Below are positions 63,031 to 64,000 of a stretch of 64,000 nucleotides of DNA, one piece after another. Source of the DNA: Eledone cirrhosa (taxonomy: Eukaryota); contig OZ024745.1 in the NCBI GenBank assembly GCA_964016885.1, positions 76,942,001-77,006,000 on the forward strand, in the 5' to 3' direction. The stretch's first letter is position 1; each line of letters starts with the position of its first letter. The notes under the pieces are model-generated. The model did no database searches, was not told the origin of the DNA, and worked only from the letters and a program-made list of their open reading frames with translations. The translations under genes were made by a program, and so were the position numbers.

Positions 63031-64000
63031 CTTGGTAGTGTTCTCTTGGTAGTGTTCTCTTGGTAGTGTTCTCTTTATAGTGGTCTCTTGCTAGTGTTCT
63101 CTTGGTAGTGGTCTCTTGGTAGTGTTCTCTTGGTAGTGGTCCCTTGGTAGTGTTCTCTTGGTAGTGCTATCTTGGTAGTGTTCTCTTGGTAGTGGTCTCT
63201 TGATAGTGGTCTATTGGGAGTGGTCTCTTGATTGTGGTCTCCTGGTTGTGGTTTCTTGGTAGTGGTCTCTAGGTAGTGGTCTCTTGGTAGTGGTCTCTTC
63301 GTAGTGGTCTCTTGGTATTGGTGTCTTGGTAGTGGTCTCTTCGTAGTGGTCTGTTGGTAGTGGTCTGTTTGTAGTGGTCTATTGGTAGTGGTCTCTAGGT
63401 AGTGGTCTCTTGGTAGTGGTCCCTTGCTAGTGGTCTCTTGGTAGTGGTCTCTTGGTAGTGGTCTCTTGATAGTGGTCTATTGGTAGTGGCCTCTTGGTAG
63501 TGGTCTCTTGGTAGTGTTCTCTTTGTAGTGGTATCTTGGTAGTGGTCTCATGGTAGTGTTCTCTTGGTAGTGGTCCCTTGGTTGTGGTCACTTGATAGTG
63601 GTCTATTGGTAGTGGTCTCTAGGTAGTGGTCTCTTGGTAGTGGTCCCTTGGTAGTGGTCTCTTGGTAGTGGTCTCTTGGTAGTGTTCTCTTGGTAGTGTT
63701 CTCTTAGAAGTGTTCTCTTGGTAGTGGTCTCTTGGTAGTGGTCTCTTGGTAGTGGTCTCTTGGTAGTGGTCTCTTGGTAGTGGTCATTTGGCAGTGGTGT
63801 TTTGGTAGTGGTCTCTTGATAGTGGTCTCTTGGTAGTGTTCTCTTGGTAGTGGTCTCTTGGTAGTGGTCTCTTGGTAATTGTCTCTTGTTAGTGGTCTCT
63901 TGGTAGTGGTCTCTTTGTAGTGGTCTCTTTGTAGTGGTGTCTTGGTAGTGGTCTGTTGGTAGTGTTCTCTTGGTAATGTTCTCTTGGTATTGTTCTCTTG

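Larger units (their letters stand above)
1..64000 (+). repeat. 14-bp tandem satellite/minisatellite array, consensus (TTGGTAGTGGTCTC)n, about 4,570 monomers, extends beyond both window edges
   Basis: The monomer is readable in every line from position 1 to 64000, head-to-tail, with no inversion or non-repeat insert seen. Most monomers are consensus or differ by 1-2 substitutions. The commonest variant is TTGGTAGTGTTCTC. Confidence 0.99.

Noticed and set aside
1-64000. CRISPR array
   Set aside because: Monomers are directly adjacent with no unique spacers, 14 bp is too short for a CRISPR repeat, and there is no leader or cas gene.
1-64000. Sequencing or amplification artefact, or synthetic Golden Gate (BsaI) concatemer
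   Set aside because: Variants recur in the same order over kilobases at several nested levels with differing divergence, which random error or oligo ligation would not produce. Individual large duplications could still be assembly errors.
1-64000. Canonical telomerase repeat (TTAGGG, TTAGG, TTTAGGG)
   Set aside because: These motifs are not the unit. The high variant load with inherited kb-scale patterns is unlike freshly templated telomerase product.
1-64000. Canonical G-quadruplex or hairpin/terminator structures
   Set aside because: Only GG doublets occur in the consensus (at best weak two-tetrad G4 with 4- and 6-nt loops), and the G/T skew leaves little self-complementarity. No inverted segment was seen.
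1-64000. Transcription-factor motifs in variant monomers (for example TGTGGT RUNX-like, TGTCTC AuxRE-like)
   Set aside because: These 6-mers are one substitution from the consensus and are expected by chance. The host taxon is unknown and there is no nearby gene.
1-64000. Assignment to a named satellite family or organism
   Set aside because: I do not recognise the monomer with confidence and there is no flanking unique sequence. A database search would be required.

Overview
The whole 64 kb window is one uninterrupted, single-orientation tandem array of a 14-bp monomer (+ strand consensus TTGGTAGTGGTCTC; - strand GAGACCACTACCAA), about 4,570 copies (64000/14). I found no unique sequence, credible gene, RNA gene, transposon or CRISPR array. 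The listed ORFs are by-products of the repeat: the - strand consensus has no stop codon and, because 14 is not a multiple of 3, all three frames give the same 14-aa cycle (RDHYQETTTKRPLP). The real information is in the order of variant monomers. It shows nested higher-order duplications with offsets of about 140, 168, 182, 279, 910, 1148, 1597, 1847, 2309, 2591-2759, 3821, 4073, 4620-4787 and 11,337 bp. Each offset is a multiple of 14 corrected by the few 13- or 15-bp monomers inside it. This looks like a eukaryotic satellite or giant minisatellite evolving by unequal exchange. The organism and any centromeric or telomeric role cannot be determined from the sequence. I see no protein-coding novel system here; the interest is in the array architecture. 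All comparisons were made by eye and from the ORF track, so boundaries are approximate.
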